64,000 bases of DNA from Octopus sinensis. Lineage: Eukaryota. Every line of letters starts with the position of its first letter. The stretch's first letter is position 1. A program made the position numbers and the translations under genes. A model generated the notes under the pieces. It was given only the letters and a program-made list of their open reading frames with translations. It searched no databases and was not told the DNA's origin. Location of the stretch: NCBI RefSeq assembly GCF_006345805.1, contig NC_043008.1, positions 32,054,001 through 32,118,000 of the forward strand. Reading direction: 5' to 3'. Positions 25,861-37,780 of this stretch are shown piece by piece.

Positions 25861-27345
25861 CATATCAAGACAGGAGGATTCTGGGTGTGTGGCACTGTTG
25901 ACTTTAACCCTTCCAATCTGATACCAACCCGCTTGACACTGCGTCTGGTTTTATGATAGAAAACCTCGTTTTAAACCATTCACTTTTAAGGTGCTGACAT
26001 CCATCTTATCTGAGCAAATAAACTAATTAATATATTCCAAAGATCATTTTAATAGTGGGATAGTTAGTTATTTTACAAAAAATTTTCAAATGCTTGATTA
26101 TATTGCAAATTAATTGAAAAACACGAACTCACTGTTTCATTAGAAATCTGATCACAAAAGCGGCAGACAAAACTGGGTTACAAAAAAATGACTCGAGATA
26201 GTGACAGGTCGAAGACAGGTCAGTTGTAAGAGAGGGGAGACAACCCCCTCCTTCGTAGTCAGTACCGGACTATTGTTGGGTCCTGTAGTGTCCCAGCTTT
26301 TTGGATTTCCTGGTCGCAGCCTAAATATAGACTTAAAATAAACTATGAAAAGTAAAGAATAGTATTTGACAGATTCAAATTAATACATTTCGAACGCAGA
26401 GTCTGCTTGGATAATAATTCATTTAAAATTTAAAAAAATATTATTCTATACAATGTACACAGTGTCTTGTTTATAGGATGAAAATTAAACGAAAAGTAAA
26501 AATGATTTTATTTAGCAGATACAGGTTCACATTAAAACCTTTCTAAAGCAGAGTATGTTTAATAATATTTATCAGACCACTTTAAAAATAAAACTGTTAA
26601 GAACAAAGTTATTTGTAACACTCAATGCAGATTAATCAATTTCAAAAGCAAGGCCTGTTAATACAGGGTATAAATATATATTGCATGGTATTGCTCAGAT
26701 TTCTGGAAGTCGGATACGAAGTCCTATACACTGCATTGCAAGGACCAATTTAACAGTGGAACACATAGGGGAGATAACTGAGTTGTTTTATTTTTGTTTT
26801 TGTACTTTATGGAGTCTACATTGTCCAACGTGTATTTGCTTTTCATGTTTTTGTTTGGCCCCGAATTCAACGCCGATTGAGAAAACCAATGCTCAAAGGC
26901 ATCCTGTTCCAACTGTAAACCTTCTTAATTTCGTCTGTCATAGTGTATCTAGGACTACATTATCCGGTGTGTCTTTCCTTTGTCAAGTGCGTAAAAGCAT
27001 GATTTAAAAGAATTTATCGTGGTATTTTCAGCAGGTTGTTTGATAAGTAGTAGCTCCCTCATTGACAGGGTTGAAACACAGATTATATAGCCGACATACA
27101 TTCAACTTTTTAGCCGAGATGACAAATGGGTTAATGTTTACATTTTGATAGTAATTACGGCAGTGGTTTTGGTTGTGATGAAGTGGAGGAGGAGGAAGCG
27201 TTAGGAAGAAAATAAAGCACCCCTTTCCAACACACTAATTAGGTTACTGATTAACATGTCAATTACATTGATTTACTTGAATTATCTTTTGACTGAATGT
27301 TAAATTAATAATTTAAAATGGTTTGCAGATTTAGAAATTGTACTC

Positions 27346-27381
<36 letters not shown>

Positions 27382-28789
27382 TCATGGGTATTTATGTGTT
27401 TGTACATGTGTGAACGTACATATGTGAGCTGTTGTGTTACATGCTTATATGTTTAAGTGTGAACTTTTGCGTTTGTGAGCACGATCGTGTGTATGTCTGT
27501 ATATGTGTGTGTGTGTGTGTGTTTGGATGAAGGCAGACGAGGAGGAGATATACATATTTAATGTACTTTTACTGTAGAGGAGGAGAGAGAGACTGTGTGT
27601 GTGAGAGAGAGGGAGAGGTGGGCAGTGGAAGATTAAAATCTAAACCGAATAAACAAAAGCATGTAAGAAGTGTGAGAGGAATAATGTTTATAAAAAGGGT
27701 GAAGGATAAAAATGGAAAGGGAACATATGTAAATACATAGTAAAGGCATGGAGGGAGGAGTGAATAACATGGTGAGAGAGTATGGAGAGTAAGAAAAATA
27801 AAGGGATCAAGGAAAAGAGAAAGAGAGAGAGAGAGAGAAATGGGGCAAACAGGGAATATTCTAAATTATTTATGAATACTTTTTGGGGAGGAGATGGGGG
27901 TAAGCTGGGCAGCGGAGTGAGTGGGGGTAAAGAAATGATAAGAGTGAAAAGAGAAGGAAGAGAGATGATGTGAGAAGTGAGCTAAAGAGATTATTTTTAA
28001 TTATTTTTTAAAATTTTTCCGAGAAGTTGGGATGGGTTGTTTTCCTTTACTTATGACTTCATCATTGTTGAAATTTTTAAATTTCATAATATTCACTGCT
28101 TTCATCCTCACTACAAAACCACCACCATCAGTTCACCTGCATTCTATAGATATTTGCCACCTCATATTAAACTTCTGTAAATGTAATTTGGATACATATA
28201 GGTGCAGGCATGGCTATAGGCACTGGCAGGTTGTATAGTTTAGAAGCTTGTTTTCTAACCATGGTCTTGGGTTCAGTCTCACTGCGTGGCACTTTGGGTA
28301 AGCATCTTTTACTATAGCCTCTGGCTATAGTAGGATTTGGTAGATGGAAACTGTAGGTATGTGTGTTTGGGTGTATCTTTGTCTAGACATCCCACGATGA
28401 TTGAAATGGGCATCATACAAGCAAAGTTGTTTGCTTCGAGTCTTCTGTGAAAAACATGTCTGGCTCTGGAAAATATTATTTTGTTTATAAACAGGTAAGG
28501 GTTGGTAACAAGAAAGGCATCTGGCTGTAGAAAATCTGCCTCAATAGTTTCCATCTGACCCATGCATGCATGGAAAAGTGGATGTTAATGTGATGATGAT
28601 GATCAGGAGGACAAGGATACTTGTAGGTTTTTATTCAAAAGAATGTGTGTCAGTTGTCAATATTTCTTTATATTTGTTGTGGTTATTACTGTTATTGTTT
28701 CTTTTGTATTGCTTTATAGGGTGTTTGGGCTGAATTTAACAGCTTGCATGAAAGGAAAAGAAAGCACAGTATCCCGTCCAACAGTTTAC

Positions 28790-29430
28790 TCAAACTAGCC
28801 ACCTTTAACTTCCACCATGGCCTCAAGATGGCTCTGGAAGCTGACATGAATTTCTCAATGTGTCTCCAGGAAGGTCTGCAGACACTTCCTTGGTGTCTTT
28901 CTCAATTGTGCCCAATGACAGCCTGGGTAATTGGGAGGCCAGAAATTGGGGCTGGTGAAGTTGTTGATATTCTCTGAGAACCACTTCTGATTCTCCCTGA
29001 AGCCTATGGCAAGGAACCAAATCCTCATGTTATACATATGGCCTTCCAGCTGCAACTCTCTCCTGCCAGTGTTTGACCACAGTCTCCAGCAGCTTTACAC
29101 ATAGCTGTCTGAATTGAGCCTAAGGCCTTGTTCAAAGATGTGGAGCAGCATGACTGCATCCTCAATGGAAATAACATCCAAAGACCATTGTAGTTTGGGG
29201 GAACTTTGCTTCCATGATGTCCATGTCACATCTTACAGCCTTTACAGTGTTCATAGAGTACTGAGCAACCGTTTGATATTTTGATACCCAGCATGAATCA
29301 TGATGATACAGATAACTCTTTTCTAGTTTTCAGATGTCTTCTGGTCCTCCTTGTCAGTTAACTTTTTCTCAACTGCAACTTTAATCTTTATGCCATTGAC
29401 TGTTCATCAATACATCAAATCATTTCTGAA
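28790..29430 (-). mobile_element. maT/mori-like (DD37D-type) Tc1-mariner transposase remnant
   Basis: The reverse strand reads across frameshifts KFPQTTMVFG..HIFEQGLRLNSD.YV.LLETVVK.W.ERVAAGRPY..QKWFSEN..FTSPNFWPPN..IEKDT..LEAMVEVKGG. The third catalytic D region is deleted, so the spacing is unverified. Confidence 0.75.
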
Positions 29431-29866
29431 AAACAGAGACATAGAAATAAATTGTCAAATCTAGCCTGAACATTCTGTATTTTTATTGCAAATTCTATTT
29501 TGAAAACTCATTGGATCTATATTTACTAAACACACACACACACGAATTATATATTTCTTTATTTTTTTTTAGCTTATTGCTTTATAAATCTGTTTGTATG
29601 CTTGAGATTTTCTCAAAGCTTTAAAGACATTACAGGATAGAAACACATTTACAAAACTGCTAGCTAATTAAAAATAAAGGAATTTATATATTTGATACAA
29701 CTTCCTGAAGTATTGAGTACTTCATTGTGAGAATGTTTTGTTCCTGCAAACAAACGTTTGACAATATATTATATATATGTTTATTATTGCTTAATTTACA
29801 AGTGTGACAATATATATTTCTTTTATCTGTTTCTTTTTCTCCAGTAATTCTGTTGCTCAATGAAGG

Positions 29867-29900
29867 ATGGAATCTGACAGGTCATCCCGTGGCATATATG
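29867..29900 (+). CDS. UBAP1: UBAP1 first coding exon (MESDRSSRGIY-G)
   Basis: Strong acceptor ttctttttctccag at 29844, ATG in an aaggATGg context, and donor G|gtcagt. It ends in phase 1, matching the next exon. Sequence conservation here is low, so this exon is less certain than the others. Confidence 0.7.
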
Positions 29901-31824
29901 GTCAGTGCTGTTAATTTTATTCTCTTTTATTTCTGTTACTTTACGTCTATGAGATTTACACCACAAACTATGGCTCTGTAATCAAGAAGTTTGCTTTGCT
30001 ACCATGTGACTCTAGATTCCAGGTTTGATTCTGCTGCAAGCATAGTCTTCTAGCATAACCTCAGGCTGGTGAAAAACAAACCTTTCCTGTGAAATTTGGT
30101 GGATGGAGACAGTGTGGAAGCCAATTACATGTATGTGTTTATGTATATGCACACACTCACACATGAAAGATGGTATAATCAGTGTGTTGAACTTTTATAC
30201 ATAGGTATCTAGCCTTTACTCCTTTGTAAGGTTGATGAAATAAATATCAGGCAAAAACACTGGGATCAACATAATCAACTGAAATTCCCTGCATGGCCAC
30301 AGCCCAATGATTGAACTTTACAGAAACTAATATAAAATAATAGGATATATAGCCTTATGCCATTTTACAGTTAAGTGTTGTTTCAGGGTTATGTGATGTA
30401 GCATATAACATTATACTTGGGTAATTCTGGAGCTTGTTTACAATATAAGGACAGATAATGTACAGCTGGACCAATATTTTAAGTAGAACCACATTACTGA
30501 TGGGTTCAAGGAAGGTTGAAATCATGTGATCTGGTAGTCTCAGTGCTGGAGACGGCGGGGATTTATCTCCCTATTCATGATATAAACAAGAGTGCATTTT
30601 GCACCAAAAGCCAATATAAGGGTTTCTTTCATCAACTTACTAAACACTTTAAATACTCAAATGTCTAAGAGAAATTGCTGTTACTAAGATAATTATTTCT
30701 TTTTTCTTTTCTTTTCTTTATATTAACCTAAGGTACATAATATTTGCATTGTCCCTGTATTTACTGTATTTAGGTATGGATCAGAGCAGTGTTTCTCAAC
30801 TATTTTTTGCCTATAGACCCCTTTGATTTCTATTTTATTTTACTGGTCCCTCATAGCCATTTGATGTTTGAAAAAAAGTCCTATTATATATATTTTTTTA
30901 TCAGAGTTAATTTGTGGCTTTTTTAATTTTTACTTAAAGGGGGATAACTCATTGCACTGATTTATACAAGTATGCATACGCGCGCAGACACACACAGAGA
31001 AGCTTCTGCACAATTTCCATCAAGCAAATTTCACATGCAAGTTATTGGTGAGCCTGATATTACAGTTAAAGATGCTTGCCTAAGCACTGCACAATGAGAA
31101 AGAACTCTTGGAGCACATGGTTATGCCTGTTCCTTGCTGTGCCTTAATAGTTAAATAAAAATTATAATCATGTTAGAACACTTGTTTGTCAGTGGTTTTG
31201 TGTGTGCTGCCACTGTTTACAGTAGTAAATTATAACACAGCTCTGTGTACCTTCTTACAGATAGGTAGACTGTGTTGCTGAGATGCAAATGTTTCTTCAG
31301 TGCAGCACATAGAACAAAGGTTGAACTGTCGCATAGAATCTGGCCTCTAGATCAATAAAAGTCAGCATCCTGATGGTGCTTTAATCATTTGGTATTTTTA
31401 CCCTAAATTCTTACATGCTTGGAATATCTTTACTGTAGTTGTTGTACAGCCCAGGTCTGTGCTGATTTATAATTTGCCACCTTTGGCAACTATCTTCATT
31501 GCACTTTAATGTCTGTGGTTATCATATTGAGTGCACCCAGATGTTTCTCTGTTTGCATATGCATATAGCAGCAATAAGAACATGTGTCACCTGTTGTATA
31601 GAACTTATTTTCAGGGGCTTTGTATATGTAACAAAGTTAGTTTGATGTATGTCAGGGTCAGTAAACTCTGTTTTGATAGGAGGATCACTTTGGTATAAGT
31701 ACTCCCACCCACACTAGCTTCCTCTTTTGACACAAGTATATTGTACAGAACTGGAAGATATGAATATAAGAATCAAGCTCAGAATATATTTCAACTCTAA
31801 TTGCTGCATTTTGATTGGACAGAG

Positions 31825-31970
31825 ACATCATCATCATCATAATTGTTTAATGTCTGTTTTCCATGCTGGTATGGGTTGGATGGTTTGACTGGGGACTGGC
31901 AAGCCAGGAAGCTGTACCAAGCTCCAATCTGATTTGGCAAGGTTTCTATGGCTGAATGCCCTTTCGAACG
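31825..31970 (-). mobile_element. RTE LINE 3' tail in UBAP1 intron (antisense)
   Basis: (ATC)n followed by tgttttccatgctggtatgggttgga..gctccaatctgatttggc. Confidence 0.7.
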
Positions 31971-32299
31971 CCAAGGAATTAAAGTGGGTGGATTTTTTTC
32001 AACTTTAGCTGTATCACTTGACATGACTTGGTTGTATATCTATCTGCTGTGCTGATGGAGAAACAGTAGAGGCACAGGTAGGTCGTTACTCTGAGATTAG
32101 ATCTTTTCTTTTTAAAGCGGAGGAGGAAAATGGTTGCAAGGCAAAGAAAATGGCGAAAAGAAAAAGAATATAAACTGAAATGTAGAGATGGTCTATTGTA
32201 ACTTAAAACCAAAATAACTAACCTGACCCTTGATATTTATGATATAAAAAGAAATAATACAATGTACTTGCAATTATTTATTCAATTTATATCTTTCAG

Positions 32300-32373
32300 G
32301 TTTGGCTTCTGCTAACTCTGCCCTTGATGGCATCCCTTTTAGAATTGGGACCACTTTTAAAGTGCCCAACAAG
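32300..32373 (+). CDS. UBAP1: UBAP1 exon, UMA domain start (GLASANSALDGIPFRIGTTFKVPNK)
   Basis: tttcag| ... |gtaaat. LDGIPFRIGTTFKVP matches the UBAP1 UMA motif LDDVPFKxGDKFKTP. Confidence 0.93.
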
Positions 32374-33007
32374 GTAAATATTTTAGTTTTGTTTTTTAAA
32401 AAAATAATTATTTTCAAAGTTTATATGTTATAAAATGCTACATGTATGTATGTTGTTGCTTAACCCTGGGTCAGCTGTTATCAATAGAACTACAATCAAA
32501 GCTGTTTCAGCTATAGACATCCTATTTTATTTCCAGTGAAGCACTATAATATACAATGTTTTTTTTTTTTCCTAAGACAGTAGAGTGTGTTTTGAAAGAG
32601 ATTCAGCTCCTATTTCTTGCTGGTAAAGATTCTTCATTGAGTTTCTTTCTCCGTGTGTAACATATTGTATGAATGACCATTTATTTCACATTAATTCTTT
32701 CAATATGTAACTAAATTTATAAACTTAATAACTTGTATAACATAGTTCTTGTTGCTTTTTTAATAATTGCATTCAATCTTTTCTACATAGCTCTTGCTTT
32801 TTCCCCTGCAGTAGCAGAAGCAAGTTATTGAACAGTCAAAAACCAAGGAAACATTGAAATATTCTACCATAATTATAAAAACATAATTAAAGTGATCATT
32901 CTTTATATGCAATTCTGATAGATGGTATGTCAGTGTGGTAGTATTTTCATATGGTGATATGTTACTAAGTTTAATAATTACTTTTTGCTTTTCTCTTTTC
33001 TTGCTAG

Positions 33008-33064
33008 GTTTCTATTCCTAAGGAACTCCTTCGCCGACGAAATCGTAGTGCCCTTGCTGATGAG
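33008..33064 (+). CDS. UBAP1: UBAP1 exon, UMA domain (VSIPKELLRRRNRSALADE)
   Basis: ttgctag| 57 nt |gttagt, phase 0-0. It bridges FKVPNK to YFFHTEE as in UMA (VGLP...YDFSLE). Confidence 0.85.
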
Positions 33065-33324
33065 GTTAGTAAATATTGGACTCTTGTGGATGGCAGTGGG
33101 AGAGCCATATAATCTTTGTTTGCTGTAGCTGTAATTGACATGTGTATCCTTAACTAATTTAGCACATTGGTATTCATATTACTCTGTCAAAATTTAATAC
33201 CTACTTATTCAAATTGTTTTGAATTAATCACGCACTACCTTGGAGCTCTGAGATTTCAGTGATGTGATGTAATTGTATATTTTTAAATGACATTGTAGGG
33301 TAGGTGTGAAAAGCTGGATCAGGC

Positions 33325-33595
33325 CATCATCATCATCATCGTTTAACGTCCGCTTTCCATGCTAGCATGGGTTGGACGGTTCAACTGGGGTCTGGGGAGC
33401 CCGAAGGCTGCACCAGGCCAGTCAGATCTGGCAGTGTTTCTACAGCTGGATGCCCTTCCTAACGCCAACCACTCCGAGAGTGTAGTGGGTGATTTTATGT
33501 GCCACCGACACAGGTGCCAGACGAGGCTGGCGAACGGCCACGCTTGGATGGTGTTTTTATGTGCCACCAACACAGGTGCCAGTTTGAACATAAAA
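33325..33595 (-). mobile_element. RTE LINE 3' tail, young subfamily (antisense)
   Basis: (ATC)n-gtttaacgtccgctttccatgctagc..; nearly identical to 57999-58260. Confidence 0.85.
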
Positions 33596-33734
33596 CAGGT
33601 AGCATATTTGGGCTTGATATGGCAGGTTTAAATACCCATGGGTAAATTCCTTATTATGCAGTCATTAGCTCCATGTTTTTTAATAAGATCACGTGAATTA
33701 GAGATTTAACATCAGTTTACGAAGTTTGTGTGGT

Positions 33735-33960
33735 GAAGGTGTGTGACTTAGTGATTAGGATATTCGGCTCATGATCATAAGGTTTTGAATTTCATTCCTG
33801 GTGGTGCATTTTGTCCTTGAGCAGGACAGTTTCTGAGTTTCCCAGCAATGGAGTTTTGTTTCATGGGTTTTTGTTTTCTTTTCCATGTTATTTCTCATGC
33901 TTTCAACAAATGTGACATCGAAATCACGTGTAAATGGCTCCTTTTCCCAGAAAAGGAAAG
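33735..33960 (+). mobile_element. tRNA-headed SINE
   Basis: gtgtgacttagtgattaggatattcggctcatgatcataaggttttgaatttcattcctgg..tgtccttgagc. Confidence 0.65.
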
Positions 33961-34344
33961 ATTTGGCTGCTATTTCTTGCATGCCCTGCCACCACATAAC
34001 AGGTATTTCAGGTCCCTTATCGCAAATAGCTGTTATGTGGTAGCAGGGCATGCTAGAAATAGCAGCTAAATCTTTGGAGCTGAGATACGTTGAATGCACT
34101 TGAAAAAATTTTTGTAATGGTATTTCCTTGGGGTGATCTTTCGCTTTGACTCTCAGAACTGTCATCCAGATCAGTTACTTTTGTTCGATAATTTCCGTAA
34201 AAAGTCTTTATTTACTTTTGGTTTTAAAGTGAAAGAGAGAAAGTGAAAGATGCATGACTACGTATATGAAATGGATATGTGTGTGTGTGAGAGAGAGAGA
34301 AACACACATACATGTTCACTCTTTCTCACACACACACACACATC

Positions 34345-34580
34345 ATCATCATCATCGTTGTTTAACGTCTGCTTTCCATGCTGGCATGGGTTGGACGGTT
34401 TGACTGAGGACTGGCGAGCTAGATGGCTGCACCAGGCTCCAATTTGATCTGGCAGAGTTTCTACAGCTGGATCCCCTTCCTAATGCCAACCACTCTGAGA
34501 GAATAGTGGGTGCTTTTACATGCCATCAGCACGAGGGCTGGTCAGGTGGTACTGGCAACAACCACGCTCAAAAGGTGCCA
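34345..34580 (-). mobile_element. RTE LINE 3' tail (antisense)
   Basis: (ATC)n-tttaacgtctgctttccatgctggcatggg..ctacagctggatccccttcctaatgcc. Confidence 0.8.
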
Positions 34581-34976
34581 TGATAAAATACATCCAGTAC
34601 ATTCAGTGAAGTGATTGGTTTTTGGAAGAATATCTAGATATAGAAAACATGCCAAAAACGGCTTGTATGAGGGAGACATGGTCCTCTGATCTATCTAAGA
34701 AGGCAGTAACTCAGAATATGAGGAAATATTTTTTGTGTGGATCAATTTTTGGAAATTGATTTCTAACATACATACAAGACCATAAATTCTATAAACAGTT
34801 AATGATATTTACTGCAGTGCTGGACTTGTAGTTATTTTGTCCATTCACAGATTCAAAATCAAAATTAATCACAAAGATTTGAAGTTAGAATGTAAAGAGA
34901 TGGAAATGAATACTGTTATTCATGGCTCTCTGAAAATTAATAATATTTTCTTCATTTTCTTTTCTTGTTTTTACAG

Positions 34977-36122
34977 TATTTCTTTCACACTGAAGAAGGT
35001 GTTATTCTCTGGGCAAAAGCTCAGCAACAGATGAAGAAAAACAGAGAAGCTACCTTGAAAGAATACCATGCTCAGAAAAAGAATGCTCAAAGTCGACTGA
35101 AGAATCCTGTTCCCATGCCTTTAGCATCCGAAGGTGTGTACGTTAATATTCATATGGCCGACAAAATTCTCACACCAACACCAATCAAACCGAGTGTCAA
35201 TGCATTTCACACAGATAACCCAACCAGTAGCACAAAATCACAGATAGATGTCACACAGTTTGAGCAGGAGGATGACCCATTTGAAAATGTTGAGCGACAA
35301 GTAATCAACGAATTTGAAGAACTGAACCAAGTATTTCAGAACTCTGCCGAGTCACTGGAGTCACCAGAAGGGAACTATGAGAATGTTGTTATTAATAAAC
35401 CTCCATTACCATTACCAGATAGCATTGTTGCAGGAACTGATAGTGCATCACCCAATCCTGTTCCTGCATTACAACCAATAACTGCCGAAGAACCTTTGGC
35501 AAACGATGAAGGTTCTACTGTAGAAATTACTAGAAACAAGTCTGAAACAGATTTCCAAGATGGGGAAAACACAGAAAGAAACATTGTTTATGGTAATTTA
35601 CCTTACCGTAAAAAATCCACTTCCAGTTCCCAGAAAAAACGAGAGAGCAATAATTACGTAATGGTCTCTTATGCAAATGGTCGTTTGGTGCATGATGCAA
35701 CAAAATTAACTACAAAACAATTATCATTAGATGAGGAATCAAAACCTAATTTTGTATCTAATTATTTCAACCAGAAGTTCTCTGCCAGTCAGGAGAACAC
35801 TGGGAGTATTCTTGACCCTAATCAACTGAATGAAAGTATTTACGAAAACCTTCCCATTTCTAGCACGGACAATTATGAAAACTGTCTTTTACCACAGAGG
35901 TCGAGACATTCTGTAGCGTTTGATGTTGACACAACTGTTAACCCTCCAGCTATCCCTCCCAGAACAGATTTAACCAAATTGCGTAGTACCCACAGTACAC
36001 CAAATATCCATCAAGCGTCATCTGATAGAGATGCTGAGACTGTTTCCCCCTTCCATTCCCCTTCTAAACCAGCTCCAAGAAAGCAAATTAAGTCTCCAGC
36101 ATCTCCAGTACCGAGGAAACAG
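34977..36122 (+). CDS. UBAP1: UBAP1 large exon (UMA end, acidic DPF motif, disordered linker), 382 codons
   Basis: tttacag| ... AAACAG|gtgagg, within ORF 34965-36290. YFFHTEEGVILWA corresponds to YDFSLEKKTIEWA, and FEQEDDPFENVERQVINEFEEL to [22 protein letters not shown]. Confidence 0.93.
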
Positions 36123-37339
36123 GTGAGGATATTTATTTTTACTTTAATAATATTTTCAATAATGTTTTTTTGTTCCCCATTTTCTCTCCTGTTTAAAATG
36201 AAAAATAGGTACCAACACACAAGTGTTGTGCAAGTGTTGTGGTATGGATATGAAAATATGGATTTCAGAATATTTTCCATCCTCTTGTAAGTGTTCAAAT
36301 CTAGGATGTTCAAAGAAAGGGCTGAAAACTGTGTGATGGAGTTGGGGTGAAATTGTGAACCTTCATTTCCATAATTACATGAACTCACTGTACATCTGCA
36401 AAATGTTTTGATAGTTGTTTTCTTCTTACTGATATTCTTCAAAAATTAATCCCTTAACATTTTTTTCATTTCAGGTTTCAAGTTTTTTTTTTAATCTTTA
36501 ACTGTTTTTTTTTATTCCAACTTCAAACTTGGTCATTTTTAATTTTCATTTGATTCCTGTATTCACTTTACATATGGAATTAACTAACTTTTCTGAGCAC
36601 TTTGTTAGAGAAGAAATACAATGTGTATGAGATGTTTGATGAAGAAAAGTTGGAGTTGAATCTGGAATTATACAAAAAATAGCATGTAGACTCAATTATG
36701 AACAATAGATGAATACATATATATAGTAACATTTGGGATTTGAAGAATCAAACAGATCTCACCACAAACTCTCTGCCAAGTGCATGGCTAACAAGAATGA
36801 CTGCTTGAGGTTAGGATAAACCTTTGCATTGTTCTGAAAATCCAGGAGATACAATGGTGGAGAGAATGTGTTCGACGTATATTTCTATATTTATAAATAA
36901 ATATATGTATACACCATTCTTTATGTGCAGACATGGTTGAGTGGTTAAGAAGATTGCTTTCCAGCCATATGTTCCCAGGTTCAGTCCCACTATGCAGCAT
37001 ACTGGGCAAGTGTCTTTTACTGTAGCTTTGGGCAGACCCAAAGTTTTGGATTTGGTTGGCAGAAACTGAAAAGAAGCCTGTCATGTGTGTTTGTGAGGGA
37101 GAGAGAGTTGGTGTGTATTTTTGTTATGATGTTTTATATGTAAACAAGCATCAGTGTCATGCAAGCAGTTTTATCTGTTTCCAGTCTTCAGTGGAAAACA
37201 TCATGCCATGGGAAAATATTACCTTACTTGAAAACAAGAGAGAGTTGGCAAGAGGATGGGAATCAGGCTGTCTCAACAAATTCCATTTGACCTATGCATG
37301 CAAGAGAAAGCAGATATTAAATGATGATAATGATAAATA

Positions 37340-37780
37340 GTGAAATCGAAATTGAACCAAATTCGATGGCTGGCACCCGAGCCAGTGGAGCGCTAGCAGC
37401 TCCAACCGAGGAGGATCACTGCCAGAGCAGCTGTATGGCTTCCGTACCAGTTGCACGTAAAAAGCACCATTTGAGCGTGATCGTTACCAGCGTCGCCTTA
37501 GTGACATGTGAACAAAACATTTGAGCAAGGTCGTTGCCAGTGCCGCTGGACTGACTCCTGTGCAGGTGGCACGTAAAAAACATCATTTGAGCGTAGCTGT
37601 TCCCAGTACCACCAGACTGGCCTTCGTGCCAGTGGCATGTAAAAGCACCCACTATACTCTCGGAGTGGAAGGGCATCTAGCTGTAGAAACTCTGCCAGAT
37701 CAGATTGGAGCCTGGTGCAGCCATCTGGTTCACCAGTCCTCAGTCAAATCGTCCAACCCATGCTAGCAGGAAAAGCGGAC
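37340..37780 (+). mobile_element. RTE LINE 3' UTR with ~60-bp subrepeats and tail (sense)
   Basis: Repeated gcacgtaaaaagcaccatttgagcgt units, then gggcatctagctgtagaaac..gtccaacccatgctagc. Confidence 0.8.

Noticed and set aside
36123-36290. Exon 4 read-through giving a hydrophobic, transmembrane-like tail (VRIFIFTLIIFSIMFFCSPFSLLF)
   Set aside because: A good donor exists at 36123, and T-rich intron sequence translates to F/I/L by composition. It would need intron-retention or polyA reads to be credible.
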